The notes: generated from the sequence alone by a model not told the origin. Counted from the stretch's first letter, positions 17,931-27,118 are shown. The stretch: DNA of 32,000 bases from Candidatus Saccharimonadota bacterium (GCA_029851105.1 CP099822.1:1-32000), one strand, 5' to 3'. Made by a program: numbers and translations.

Positions 17931-17936
17931 AAAAAA

Positions 17937-18695
17937 ATGTTAAAAATAAAAAATTTATATGTAAAAATAAAAAAAAATTTAATTTTAAAAAAATTAAATT
18001 TAAAAATTAAAAAAAATAAAATACATATTATAATGGGTCCTAATGGATCTGGTAAAAGTACATTATCTAATGTAATAGTAGGTAAACCTAAATATAAAAT
18101 AATAAAAGGTAATATTTATTTTTTAAAAAAAAAAATTAATAATTTATCACCTGATATAATTTCTAAATTAGGTATTTTTTTATCTTTTCAATATCCTATA
18201 GAAATTAATGGTATTACTATGTATAGTTTTTTAAAAAATATTATTTCTTCTAAAATAAAATCAAAAAAAATATTTAAAATAATTAAAAAAAAATGTAATT
18301 TATTAAAAATTAATTTAAAATATTTAAATCGTTATTTTAACGTAGGATTTTCAGGTGGTGAAAAAAAAAAAAATGAAATTTTACAAATTTTATTATTAAA
18401 ACCAAAATTTATTATTTTAGATGAAATAGATTCTGGATTAGATATAGATACTTTAAAATTAATTTTTAATATTATTAAAAAATATATTAATAATAAAAAA
18501 AAAAAAAGATCATTATTAATGATAACACATAATATAAATATTTTTAATTATATAAATCCTAATTATATTCATATATTATATAATGGTAATATCATATTAT
18601 CAGTTAAAAAAAAAAAAAAAAAAATTATAAATTTAATAAATAAATATGGATATAAAAAAATAATTAAAAAAAAATTAAATAAAAATGAATTTTAA
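17937..18695 (+). CDS. sufC: Fe-S cluster assembly ATPase SufC
   Basis: GPNGSGKSTL (Walker A), FSGGEKKKNEILQ (signature), ILDEIDSGLD (Walker B), ITHN (H-loop). Confidence 0.9.
   Translation: MLKIKNLYVKIKKNLILKKLNLKIKKNKIHIIMGPNGSGKSTLSNVIVGKPKYKIIKGNIYFLKKKINNLSPDIISKLGIFLSFQYPIEINGITMYSFLKNIISSKIKSKKIFKIIKKKCNLLKINLKYLNRYFNVGFSGGEKKKNEILQILLLKPKFIILDEIDSGLDIDTLKLIFNIIKKYINNKKKKRSLLMITHNINIFNYINPNYIHILYNGNIILSVKKKKKKIINLINKYGYKKIIKKKLNKNEF
18606..18624 (+). repeat. A19 homopolymer inside sufC (encodes K6)
   Basis: Counted directly. It is the longest of many A/T runs of 15 nt or more inside CDSs. Others: 1046..1061, 5806..5821, 28737..28752, 29129..29145, 31129..31145. Confidence 0.95.
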
Positions 18696-19932
18696 TATAA
18701 AAAAGATACTTAATAATATAAAAAAAAAAAAAAATATATATATATATGTTTTTAATATAATTAAAAAATTATATTTAAAAAAAAAAAAATATAAAAATTT
18801 TTCAAAATTTAAAAAATTATTTAATAATAAATATTATTATAAAAAATATAAAAAAAAAAAAATTATAAAAAAAAATATTAAAAATAAAAAAAAAATATAT
18901 ATTTATTTTAAAAATGGTTTTTTTTTTAAAAAAAAATTATATTATTTTAATAAAAAAATTATTATTAAAAAAATATCTATATATAAAATATATAAATATA
19001 TTTTTTTTTTAAAAAAATATAATTTTTTTTCTATATATAATATATTATTATCTTTATTAAATTATAATAATTTAATTTTAATAAAAATTAAAAAAAATCT
19101 AAATAAATTAAAATTAATTTTAAATTTTTTATTTAAAATTAAAAAAAAAAAAAAAATTATAATTAATACTACTATATTAATAGTAGTAGAAAAAAATAAT
19201 TTTTTAAAAATAAAAGAAAAATATTTTTTTAAAAAAAAAAAAAAAATTTTAAATAATTTATTAATATTAATTTTAATAAAAAAAAAAAGTAAAGTTTTTT
19301 ATTTAAAATTTAAAAATAATAATAATTATTTTAAATCTATTAATAATTTATTTATTTATCAAGATTATTTAAGTAAATTTATTTTATATGATTTATATTT
19401 AAATGAAAAAATAACTATTAATATAGTTAATATTTTTTATTTAAAAAATAAATGTAAAACTAATATAAATGGTATTATATTAGCTAATAAAAATCAAATA
19501 ATAGAAAATTATATATATATATATAATAATTATAATTATTGTTATAATAATCAAAAATATATTAATATTTTAAGTGATAAAACTTATACTATTTTAAATA
19601 GTATAACTACTATTAAAAAAAAAACTAAAAAAAATATTTCATTACAAAATTATAAATCTTTTATTTTATCTAAAAAAATTTTTTTTTTCTCTAAACCTCA
19701 ATTAAATATTTTTTCTAAAAATGTAAAATGTTCACATGGAGTAACAATAGGTAAAATAGATAAAAATATAATTTTTTATTTACAAACTAAAGGAATAAAT
19801 ATTAAAAATAGTAAAATTATTTTTTTTTTATCTTTTTTAAATAAAATTTTAAATATAAAATTTATAAATAAAAAAATTAAAAAAAAAATAATAAAAAAAT
19901 TAAAATTAATTTGTAATAATAATAATGTTTGA
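18685..19932 (+). CDS. sufD: Fe-S cluster assembly protein SufD (N-terminal ~300 aa eroded to K/I/N/F low complexity)
   Basis: Position between sufC and sufS. Only the C-terminal part is SufD-like: NVKCSHGVTIGKIDKNIIFYLQTKGINIKNSK. Confidence 0.65.
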   Translation: MNFNIKKILNNIKKKKNIYIYVFNIIKKLYLKKKKYKNFSKFKKLFNNKYYYKKYKKKKIIKKNIKNKKKIYIYFKNGFFFKKKLYYFNKKIIIKKISIYKIYKYIFFLKKYNFFSIYNILLSLLNYNNLILIKIKKNLNKLKLILNFLFKIKKKKKIIINTTILIVVEKNNFLKIKEKYFFKKKKKILNNLLILILIKKKSKVFYLKFKNNNNYFKSINNLFIYQDYLSKFILYDLYLNEKITINIVNIFYLKNKCKTNINGIILANKNQIIENYIYIYNNYNYCYNNQKYINILSDKTYTILNSITTIKKKTKKNISLQNYKSFILSKKIFFFSKPQLNIFSKNVKCSHGVTIGKIDKNIIFYLQTKGINIKNSKIIFFLSFLNKILNIKFINKKIKKKIIKKLKLICNNNNV

Positions 19933-21148
19933 TAAAAAAAAAATTTTAAAAATAAGAAAAGAATTCCCAATTTTTAAAAAAAAAATTAATAATTATCCTT
20001 TTATTTATTTTGATAATGCTTCTACTACTCATAAACCTAAAATATTAATTAAAAAATTAAAATATTATTATTTTAATTTAAATTCCAATATTAGAAATAA
20101 TACTTTTTTAAGTTTTAAAAATTTTTATTATATTAAAAAATGTAGAAAAGAAATTAAAAAATTTATAAATGCTAAAGAATATAAAGAAATAATTTTTACT
20201 AAAAATACTACTGAATCTATTAATTTAATATCTAAAAGTTTAAATTTTTTATTTAATAAAAATGATGAAATAATAATTACTCAATTAGAACATCATTCTA
20301 ATATTATTCCTTGGCAAATATTATCTTTTAAAAAAAAATTAAAATTAAAAATTTTAAAAATTAATAAAAAATTTAATATATCTTTAAAAAGATTAAAATT
20401 AATTTTAACTAAAAAAACAAAATTAATTTCTTTAACTCATATTTCTAATGTATTTGGTACTATTTTACCTATAAAAAAAATAGTAGAAATAATTAAAAAT
20501 TATAATAAAAATATTATTATTATTTTAGATGGTGCACAATCTATAAGTCATTTAAAAATAAATGTACAAAAATTAAATGTAGATTTTTATGTTTTTTCAG
20601 CCCATAAAATATATGGACCTACAGGATTAGGAATATTATATGGTAAAAAAAAAATTTTAAATAAAATGTCATGTTATCAATATGGAGGTGGTATGATTAA
20701 AAAATATAATTATAAAAAATCATTATTTTTAAAAATACCTAATAAATTTGAAGCTGGTACTTTAAATTTATCATCTATTTTTTCTTTTTTATATATAATA
20801 AAATTTATTAATAAAATTAATATTAATAATATTAATAAATATGAAAATATAATTACTAATTATTTAATAAAATTATTTTTAAAAAATAAAAATATTATTT
20901 TATATAATAAAAATTATTATTCACCTATTATTTCATTTAATATTAAAAATATTAACAATTATGATATAGGTAATTTATTAAATAATTATGGTATTTCAGT
21001 TAGAACTGGTTATCATTGTACTAATCATTTATTTAAATATTTAAAATTAAATGGTACTATTAGAATAAGTTTTGGTATATATAATAATATTGAAGAAATT
21101 AATAAATTTTATTTTTTTTTATTAAAAATAATTAAATTATTATATTAA
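19925..21148 (+). CDS. sufS: Cysteine desulfurase SufS
   Basis: FDNASTT, DGAQSISH, FSAHKIYGPTGLGILYG (PLP lysine), RTGYHCTNHL (catalytic Cys). Confidence 0.9.
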   Translation: MFDKKKILKIRKEFPIFKKKINNYPFIYFDNASTTHKPKILIKKLKYYYFNLNSNIRNNTFLSFKNFYYIKKCRKEIKKFINAKEYKEIIFTKNTTESINLISKSLNFLFNKNDEIIITQLEHHSNIIPWQILSFKKKLKLKILKINKKFNISLKRLKLILTKKTKLISLTHISNVFGTILPIKKIVEIIKNYNKNIIIILDGAQSISHLKINVQKLNVDFYVFSAHKIYGPTGLGILYGKKKILNKMSCYQYGGGMIKKYNYKKSLFLKIPNKFEAGTLNLSSIFSFLYIIKFINKININNINKYENIITNYLIKLFLKNKNIILYNKNYYSPIISFNIKNINNYDIGNLLNNYGISVRTGYHCTNHLFKYLKLNGTIRISFGIYNNIEEINKFYFFLLKIIKLLY

Positions 21149-21234
21149 TTTTTTATTTTTAAAATATTATATATTTTTTTTTCTTCTATTATTTTTTCTA
21201 TAAAAGTATAAAATTTATTTTTTTTTTTTATCAT
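21145..21234 (-). CDS. 29-aa ORF, possible truncated DUF4295 family mini-protein (tentative)
   Basis: Hand translation gives MIKKKNKFYTFIEKIIEEKKIYNILKIKN, 22 nt downstream of rpmG. That is the slot where Flavobacteriia carry a ~50-aa DUF4295 gene. The YTF.E.I block resembles my recollection of that family. Not in the ORF track. Contains an A12 run. Confidence 0.25.
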   Translation of the reverse strand: MIKKKNKFYTFIEKIIEEKKIYNILKIKN

Positions 21235-21256
21235 TTTAATAAATTTAACTTTTTTT

Positions 21257-21445
21257 TTATTTTTCTTCATGGATAGTTCTTTTTCTTATAATATAATTAT
21301 ATTTTTTTAATTTTAATTTTTTTTTATTATTTTTAATATTTTTAATAGTATAATATTTAGATATATTTTTATTTTTATATTTTTTATTTTTTTTTTGTTC
21401 AATACATTCTAATATTATTACTTTTCTATTTTTTGATTTTGCCAT
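21257..21445 (-). CDS. rpmG: 50S ribosomal protein L33
   Basis: MAKSKNRKVIILEC...YYTIKN...KLKLKKYNYIIRKRTIHEEK matches the L33 pattern. Confidence 0.85.
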   Translation of the reverse strand: MAKSKNRKVIILECIEQKKNKKYKNKNISKYYTIKNIKNNKKKLKLKKYNYIIRKRTIHEEK

Positions 21446-21662
21446 TTTTTTTTATATTTAAAATATTATTTAATCCTTTTTTTTTTATTAATCTTATAGT
21501 ATATGAACATATTTTTAATTTTATCCATTTTTTATTAATTTGATCATAAAATTTTTTTTTTAAAAAATTTATTTTAAACCATCTTTTTGTTTTAATATTA
21601 GAATGTGATTTCCTATATCCTGATATAGATTTTTTATTAGTTATTTCACATATTTTAGACAT
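21426..21662 (-). CDS. rpmB: 50S ribosomal protein L28
   Basis: MSKICEITNKKSISGYRKSHSNIKTKRWFKINF matches the L28 N-terminus. Overlaps rpmG by 20 nt. Confidence 0.85.
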   Translation of the reverse strand: MSKICEITNKKSISGYRKSHSNIKTKRWFKINFLKKKFYDQINKKWIKLKICSYTIRLIKKKGLNNILNIKKNGKIKK

Positions 21663-21714
21663 AAATAAAAATTTTTTTTTTAATAAATATAATTTATATA
21701 TTTTTAAAAAAAAA

Positions 21715-22257
21715 ATGAAATATTATAATAAAAATAAAAAAATTATTATACCAGAATATGGTAGAAATATACAAAAATTAGTAGAATATACTTTAAAAAT
21801 AAAAGATAAAAATATAAAAAAAAAAAATTATAAATATATATTAAATTTAATGAAATTAGTAAATAAAAATAAATTTTTAAATTTAAAAATAAAATTTTTA
21901 TATCAATTATATTTAATTTCTAATATGAAAATTAAAGAATTAAATTTTTTATTTAAAAATTTTATAAAATTAATTAATAATAATAATAAAAAAATAAAAT
22001 ATCCTAAAAAAAATTTAATAAAATTTAAATATTATGGTAAAATAATACAAGATTTTATTAATAAATATATTATATATATAAAAAATAAAAATAAAAAAAT
22101 AAGAATTATAAAAATAATAATAAATATAATGAGAAATAATTATAAAAAATGGAATAATAAATATTTTATAAATAATTTAATTTTATATAATGATATAAAA
22201 AAAATATCTAATAAAAAATTAGATATAATAAAAGAATATAAAAATATTAAAATATAA
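21715..22257 (+). CDS. DUF4290-family conserved Bacteroidota protein of unknown function
   Basis: The N-terminal YNKNKKIIIPEYGRNIQKLVEY matches the family hallmark (YNT.r..L.lPEYGRN.QkMV), recalled from memory. Confidence 0.7.
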   Translation: MKYYNKNKKIIIPEYGRNIQKLVEYTLKIKDKNIKKKNYKYILNLMKLVNKNKFLNLKIKFLYQLYLISNMKIKELNFLFKNFIKLINNNNKKIKYPKKNLIKFKYYGKIIQDFINKYIIYIKNKNKKIRIIKIIINIMRNNYKKWNNKYFINNLILYNDIKKISNKKLDIIKEYKNIKI

Positions 22258-22292
22258 TTTTTTTTTTAATATAAAAATATTATTATTTAAAT

Positions 22293-22367
22293 GGGTGGTT
22301 AGCTCAGTTGGTTTAGAGCATTTGTTTTACAAGCAAAAGGTCACTAGTTCGAATCTAGTATCACCCA
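22293..22367 (+). tRNA. trnV: tRNA-Val (anticodon UAC)
   Basis: Acceptor GGGTGGT/ATCACCC (one G-U pair), D-arm GCTC...GAGC, anticodon loop TTTACAA, T-arm ACTAG-TTCGAAT-CTAGT. Confidence 0.9.
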
Positions 22368-22415
22368 TATAATTTTTTTTAAAAAAAATATTATTTTTTT
22401 TTAAAAAAAAAAAAA

Positions 22416-23204
22416 ATGTTAATTAAAAGTATTAAAGAAATTAAATTAATTAAAAAAAGTTCTATTTTAACTTCTAAAACATTAGGTATTTTATCTAAAT
22501 ATATTAAACCTGGTATAAATTTATCTAAATTAGATAAAATAGCTTATGATTATATTTTAGATAATGGTGGTAATCCTGCTTTTTTAGGTTTATATAATTA
22601 TCCTAATACTATTTGTACATCTGTTAATAATGAAGTAGTACATGGTATACCTAGAAATAATATTTATTTAAAAGAAGGTGATATAATTTCTATAGATTGT
22701 GGTGTTTTAATGAATAAATATTATGGTGAACATGCATATACTTTTAAAGTTGGTAATATATCTAATATTAAAAAAAAATTATTAAAAAATACTTTAAAAG
22801 CTTTATATTTAGGTATTAAAGAATGCAAAATAGGTAATAAAATAGGTAATATAGGATATATAATTAGTAAATATATAAATAAAAAAGGTTTTAAAATAGT
22901 AAAAGATTTAGGTGGTCATGGAATAGGTAAAAAAATGCATGAAAATCCTTATATTTCAAATTATAATAATAAAAATAATGGGTTATTAATAAAAAATGGT
23001 ATGGTTTTATCTATTGAACCAATAGTAAATCAAAAAACTAGTAAAATAAAATTAGATAAAGATAAATGGACTTATTTAACTAATGATAATTCATTATCAG
23101 CACATTATGAACATAATATTGCTATTATTAATAATAAAGTAACTTTATTATCTACTTTTAAATATATTAAAAACAATAAAATAAAAATTAATTTTAAAAA
23201 TTAA
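22416..23204 (+). CDS. map: Methionine aminopeptidase type I
   Basis: VVHGIP, ISIDCGV, GGHGIGKKMHENP, LSIEPIV, SAHYEHNIAI. Confidence 0.92.
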   Translation: MLIKSIKEIKLIKKSSILTSKTLGILSKYIKPGINLSKLDKIAYDYILDNGGNPAFLGLYNYPNTICTSVNNEVVHGIPRNNIYLKEGDIISIDCGVLMNKYYGEHAYTFKVGNISNIKKKLLKNTLKALYLGIKECKIGNKIGNIGYIISKYINKKGFKIVKDLGGHGIGKKMHENPYISNYNNKNNGLLIKNGMVLSIEPIVNQKTSKIKLDKDKWTYLTNDNSLSAHYEHNIAIINNKVTLLSTFKYIKNNKIKINFKN

Positions 23205-23208
23205 ATAA

Positions 23209-23616
23209 ATGCCTACTATTCAACAAATAATTAAAAAAAAAAGAAAAAAAATAAAAAAAAAAAATAAATCACCAGCTTTAAAAAAATCCCCTCAAAAAAG
23301 AGGAGTATGTATAAAAGTTTATACTACTACTCCTAAAAAACCTAATTCAGCATTAAGAAAAATTGCTAGAGTTAAATTAACAAATAAATATATAGTTAAT
23401 GCTTATATAAAAGGTGAAGGACATAATTTACAAGAACATTCTATGGTTTTAATAGAAGGAGGTAAAGTTAAAGATTTACCAGGAGTTAAATATCATATAA
23501 TACGTGGAACTTTAGATACAGAAGGTGTTAAAAATAGAAAAAAAAGTAGAAGTAGATATGGGACTAAAATAAATAAAAATAAAAAAAATGAGAAAAAAGA
23601 AAATAAAAATAAATAA
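23209..23616 (+). CDS. rpsL: 30S ribosomal protein S12 (with K/N-rich C-terminal tail)
   Basis: [56 protein letters not shown]. Confidence 0.95.
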   Translation: MPTIQQIIKKKRKKIKKKNKSPALKKSPQKRGVCIKVYTTTPKKPNSALRKIARVKLTNKYIVNAYIKGEGHNLQEHSMVLIEGGKVKDLPGVKYHIIRGTLDTEGVKNRKKSRSRYGTKINKNKKNEKKENKNK

Positions 23617-24073
23617 ATTAAAAAATAAAAATAATGATTTTAAATATAATGATAAATTAGTTATTAATTTTATTAATAATTTAATGAAAAATGGTAAAAA
23701 ATATTTAGCATATAAAATATTTAATAAAACTTTAAAAGAAATAGAAAAAAAAAATATAAAAAAAAATATTTTACCTTTAAATATTTTTAAAAAAGCATTA
23801 AAAAATATTTATCCTAAAGTAGAAATTAAAAATAGAAAAATAGGTGGTACTACATATAATATACCTATTAAAATAAATGAAAAAAAAAAAGAATATTTAG
23901 CTATTAAATGGTTAATTTTTTTTTCTAAAAAAAGAAAAGAAAATTGTATATATAAAAAATTAGCTAATGAAATTATATCTGCTTATAATGGTATAGGTAA
24001 TACTATTAAAAAAAAAAATGAAATACATAAAATAGCAGAATCTAATAAAGCATTTTCTTATTTAAAATTTTAA
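23588..24073 (+). CDS. rpsG: 30S ribosomal protein S7
   Basis: [52 protein letters not shown]. Overlaps rpsL by 29 nt. Confidence 0.9.
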   Translation: MRKKKIKINKLKNKNNDFKYNDKLVINFINNLMKNGKKYLAYKIFNKTLKEIEKKNIKKNILPLNIFKKALKNIYPKVEIKNRKIGGTTYNIPIKINEKKKEYLAIKWLIFFSKKRKENCIYKKLANEIISAYNGIGNTIKKKNEIHKIAESNKAFSYLKF

Positions 24074-24094
24074 TTTTTTTTAAAAAAATTTAAA

Positions 24095-26170
24095 ATGAAT
24101 ATATTAAAATATACAAGAAATATAGGTATAGTAGCTCATATTGATGCTGGAAAAACTACTACTACAGAAAGAATTTTATTTTATTCTGGTATAAATCATA
24201 AAATAGGAGAAGTACATGAAGGTAATACTACTATGGATTGGATGATACAAGAACAAGAAAGAGGAATAACTATAACATCAGCTGCCACTAGATGTAAATG
24301 GATATATAATAATAAAAAATATTATATAAATATAATTGATACTCCTGGGCATGTAGATTTTACTGTAGAAGTAGAAAGATCATTAAGAATTTTAGATGGA
24401 ATGGTAGTATTATTTAGTTCAGTAGACGGAGTAGAACCTCAATCAGAAACAGTATGGAAACAAGCTAATAAATATAAAATACCTAGAATAGGATATGTTA
24501 ATAAAATGGATAGAAAAGGATCTAATTTTTTTAATGTTTGTAAACAAATAAAAAATAAATTAAAAAGTAATCCTATTATAATTCAAATACCATTAGAAAA
24601 AAAAGATAATTTTATAGGTATAATAGATTTAATATTAGAAAAATCTATAATATGGGAAGATAAAAATTATGGTACTAATTATTATATAAAAGAAATACCA
24701 GATGATAAAAAAAAAATATTTAAAAAATATAAAATTAAATTATTAGAAATTTTATCAGAATATGATGATAAAATAATGAATAATTTTTTATCTAAAAAAA
24801 AAATAGATAAAAAAAAAATAATATCAGTAATTAAAAATGAAACTTTAAAATTAAATATAGTACCTATATTATGTGGTTCTTCTTTTAAAAATAAAGGTGT
24901 ACAAACTTTATTAAATTATATATGTTTATTTTTACCTTCTCCTTTAGAATCTAAAAAAATTATAGGTATAAATAAATTTAATAAAAAAAAATATTTAATA
25001 AAACCTAATATAAATTCTTTTTATTGTTCTTTAGTATTTAAAATAACTACTAATAAATTTGTTGGTAAATTAGTTTTTATAAGAGTTTATTCAGGTACTT
25101 TAAATATAGGTGATTATGTTTATAATACTAGAACTAATAAAAAAGAAAAAATTTCTAGAATGTATCAAATGCATGCTAATAAACAAATACCTATTAATAA
25201 AATTTTTGCTGGTGATATTTTTGCAGGAGTAGGATTAAAAAATATTAAAACAGGTGATACATTATGTAATGAAAAAAATCCAATAATTTTAGAAAAAATT
25301 AAATTTCCTAAACCTGTAATGGGTATTGCTATAGAACCTAAATATAAAACAGATATAGATAAAATGAGTATAGCATTATCTAAAATAATAGAAGAAGATC
25401 CTACTTTTAGTATTAAAATAGATAATAAAACTAATCAAATAATTATTTATGGTATGGGAGAATTACATTTAGATATTATAATAGATAGAATTAAAAGAGA
25501 ATTTAATGTAGAAATAAATAAAGGTACACCTAAAGTAGAATATAAAGAAAAAATAACTAAAAAAATAAAACATAGAGAAATTTATAAAAAACAAACTGGT
25601 GGTAGAGGTAAATTTGCTGATATTTTATTTACTATTGGACCATATAAAAAAAAAGGATTAAATTTTATTAATAAAGTTAAAGGTGGTCATATACCTAAAG
25701 AATTTATTAGTTCTATTAAAAAAGGCTTTTCTTATGCTATGAAAATAGGTCCTTTATTAGGATATGAAATAGAATCTATGGAAGTAATTTTATTAGATGG
25801 TTCTTATCATGCTGTAGATTCAGATTCTTTATCTTTTGAAATAGCTGCTAAAAATGGATTTAAAAAATCAACTAAAAATACTAATCCTATTCTTTTAGAA
25901 CCTATAATGAAATTAGAAGTTACATGTAAAAATAATAATATGGGAAATATAGTAAGTGATATAAATAAAAGAAGAGGTATTATTAAAAATATAGTAGATA
26001 AAAATAATGAAAAAATAATAAAAGCTTTAGTACCTTTATCAGAAATGTTTGGTTATGTTACTGTATTAAGAACATTATCTTCAGGTAGTGCTAATTATAA
26101 TATGTATTTTTATAATTATAATGAAGTACCTAAAAATATTTTAAAAAAAATAATAGAAAATAAAATTTAA
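24095..26170 (+). CDS. fusA: Elongation factor G
   Basis: RNIGIVAHIDAGKTTTTERIL, IIDTPGHVDF, NKMDR, GELHLDIIIDR, QTGGRGKFA. Confidence 0.97.
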   Translation: MNILKYTRNIGIVAHIDAGKTTTTERILFYSGINHKIGEVHEGNTTMDWMIQEQERGITITSAATRCKWIYNNKKYYINIIDTPGHVDFTVEVERSLRILDGMVVLFSSVDGVEPQSETVWKQANKYKIPRIGYVNKMDRKGSNFFNVCKQIKNKLKSNPIIIQIPLEKKDNFIGIIDLILEKSIIWEDKNYGTNYYIKEIPDDKKKIFKKYKIKLLEILSEYDDKIMNNFLSKKKIDKKKIISVIKNETLKLNIVPILCGSSFKNKGVQTLLNYICLFLPSPLESKKIIGINKFNKKKYLIKPNINSFYCSLVFKITTNKFVGKLVFIRVYSGTLNIGDYVYNTRTNKKEKISRMYQMHANKQIPINKIFAGDIFAGVGLKNIKTGDTLCNEKNPIILEKIKFPKPVMGIAIEPKYKTDIDKMSIALSKIIEEDPTFSIKIDNKTNQIIIYGMGELHLDIIIDRIKREFNVEINKGTPKVEYKEKITKKIKHREIYKKQTGGRGKFADILFTIGPYKKKGLNFINKVKGGHIPKEFISSIKKGFSYAMKIGPLLGYEIESMEVILLDGSYHAVDSDSLSFEIAAKNGFKKSTKNTNPILLEPIMKLEVTCKNNNMGNIVSDINKRRGIIKNIVDKNNEKIIKALVPLSEMFGYVTVLRTLSSGSANYNMYFYNYNEVPKNILKKIIENKI

Positions 26171-26185
26171 ATATTTAAAATAAAT

Positions 26186-26491
26186 ATGAATAAAAATATT
26201 AAAATAAAATTAAAATCATATGATTATATTTTATTAGAAAAATCTATAAAAAAAATAATTAAATCTGTATTATTAACAGGTGTAACTATAAATGGTCCTA
26301 TACCTTTACCTACAAAAAAAAAAATATTTACTGTATTAAGATCTCCTCATGTACATAAAAAATCTAGAGAACAATTTGAATTATCTTATCATATAAGATA
26401 TTTAGAAATATTAAATGCTAATACTAATACAATAAATGAATTAATGAAATTAGAATTAGCTAGTGGTGTAGAAGTAAAAATTAAAATATAA
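26186..26491 (+). CDS. rpsJ: 30S ribosomal protein S10
   Basis: IKIKLKSYDYILLEKS, GPIPLPTKKKIFTVLRSPHVHKKSREQFE. Confidence 0.93.
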   Translation: MNKNIKIKLKSYDYILLEKSIKKIIKSVLLTGVTINGPIPLPTKKKIFTVLRSPHVHKKSREQFELSYHIRYLEILNANTNTINELMKLELASGVEVKIKI

Positions 26492-26500
26492 AAAATATAT

Positions 26501-27118
26501 ATGATAAAAATAATAGGTAAAAAAATTAAAATGATAAGTATTTTTTTTAAAAAAAAAATATATACTTGCACTATTATTAATTCTAATCCATGTAAATTAG
26601 TAAAAAAAAAAGGTAATAAAAATATTTATTTATTATTTTATGATAAAAAAAAAAATATTAATAAATGTTTAAAAGGATTTTTTAAAAAATATAATACTAA
26701 TTATTATTCTAAAATAATAGAATTAAATAAATTATCTAATAAAGAATTAGATTTTTTAAAAAAAAAAAAAAAAATAAATATTAATATATTTAATATAGGT
26801 GATAAAGTAGATATTACAGGTTATTCAATAGGTAAAGGGTTTCAAGGAGTAATTAAAAGATATAATTTTTCAGGAGTTGGTGGTAAAACTCATGGACAAC
26901 ATAATAGATTAAGATCACCTGGTTCAATAGGTGCTGGTACTTATCCTTCTAAAGTATTTAAAGGATTAAAAATGGCTGGTAGAATGGGTAATAAAAAAAG
27001 TACAGTTAAAAAATTAAAAATTTTAGATATTGATATTAATAATAATTTATTATTAATAAATGGATCTGTACCTGGTAAAAAAAATAATTATTTAATAATA
27101 AAAAAAAATGAAAAATAA
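26501..27118 (+). CDS. rplC: 50S ribosomal protein L3
   Basis: IIGKKIKMISIF, GKGFQGVIKRYNFSG, THGQHNRLRSPGSIGA, MAGRMG. Confidence 0.9.
   Translation: MIKIIGKKIKMISIFFKKKIYTCTIINSNPCKLVKKKGNKNIYLLFYDKKKNINKCLKGFFKKYNTNYYSKIIELNKLSNKELDFLKKKKKININIFNIGDKVDITGYSIGKGFQGVIKRYNFSGVGGKTHGQHNRLRSPGSIGAGTYPSKVFKGLKMAGRMGNKKSTVKKLKILDIDINNNLLLINGSVPGKKNNYLIIKKNEK

Noticed and set aside
19776-19970. 64-aa minus-strand ORF
   Set aside because: It is antisense to the sufD/sufS junction, has low-complexity F/L/I composition, and no homology signal.
26389-26571. 60-aa minus-strand ORF
   Set aside because: It is antisense to the rpsJ 3' end and the rplC 5' end, both of which are well supported. It has a hydrophobic low-complexity composition.
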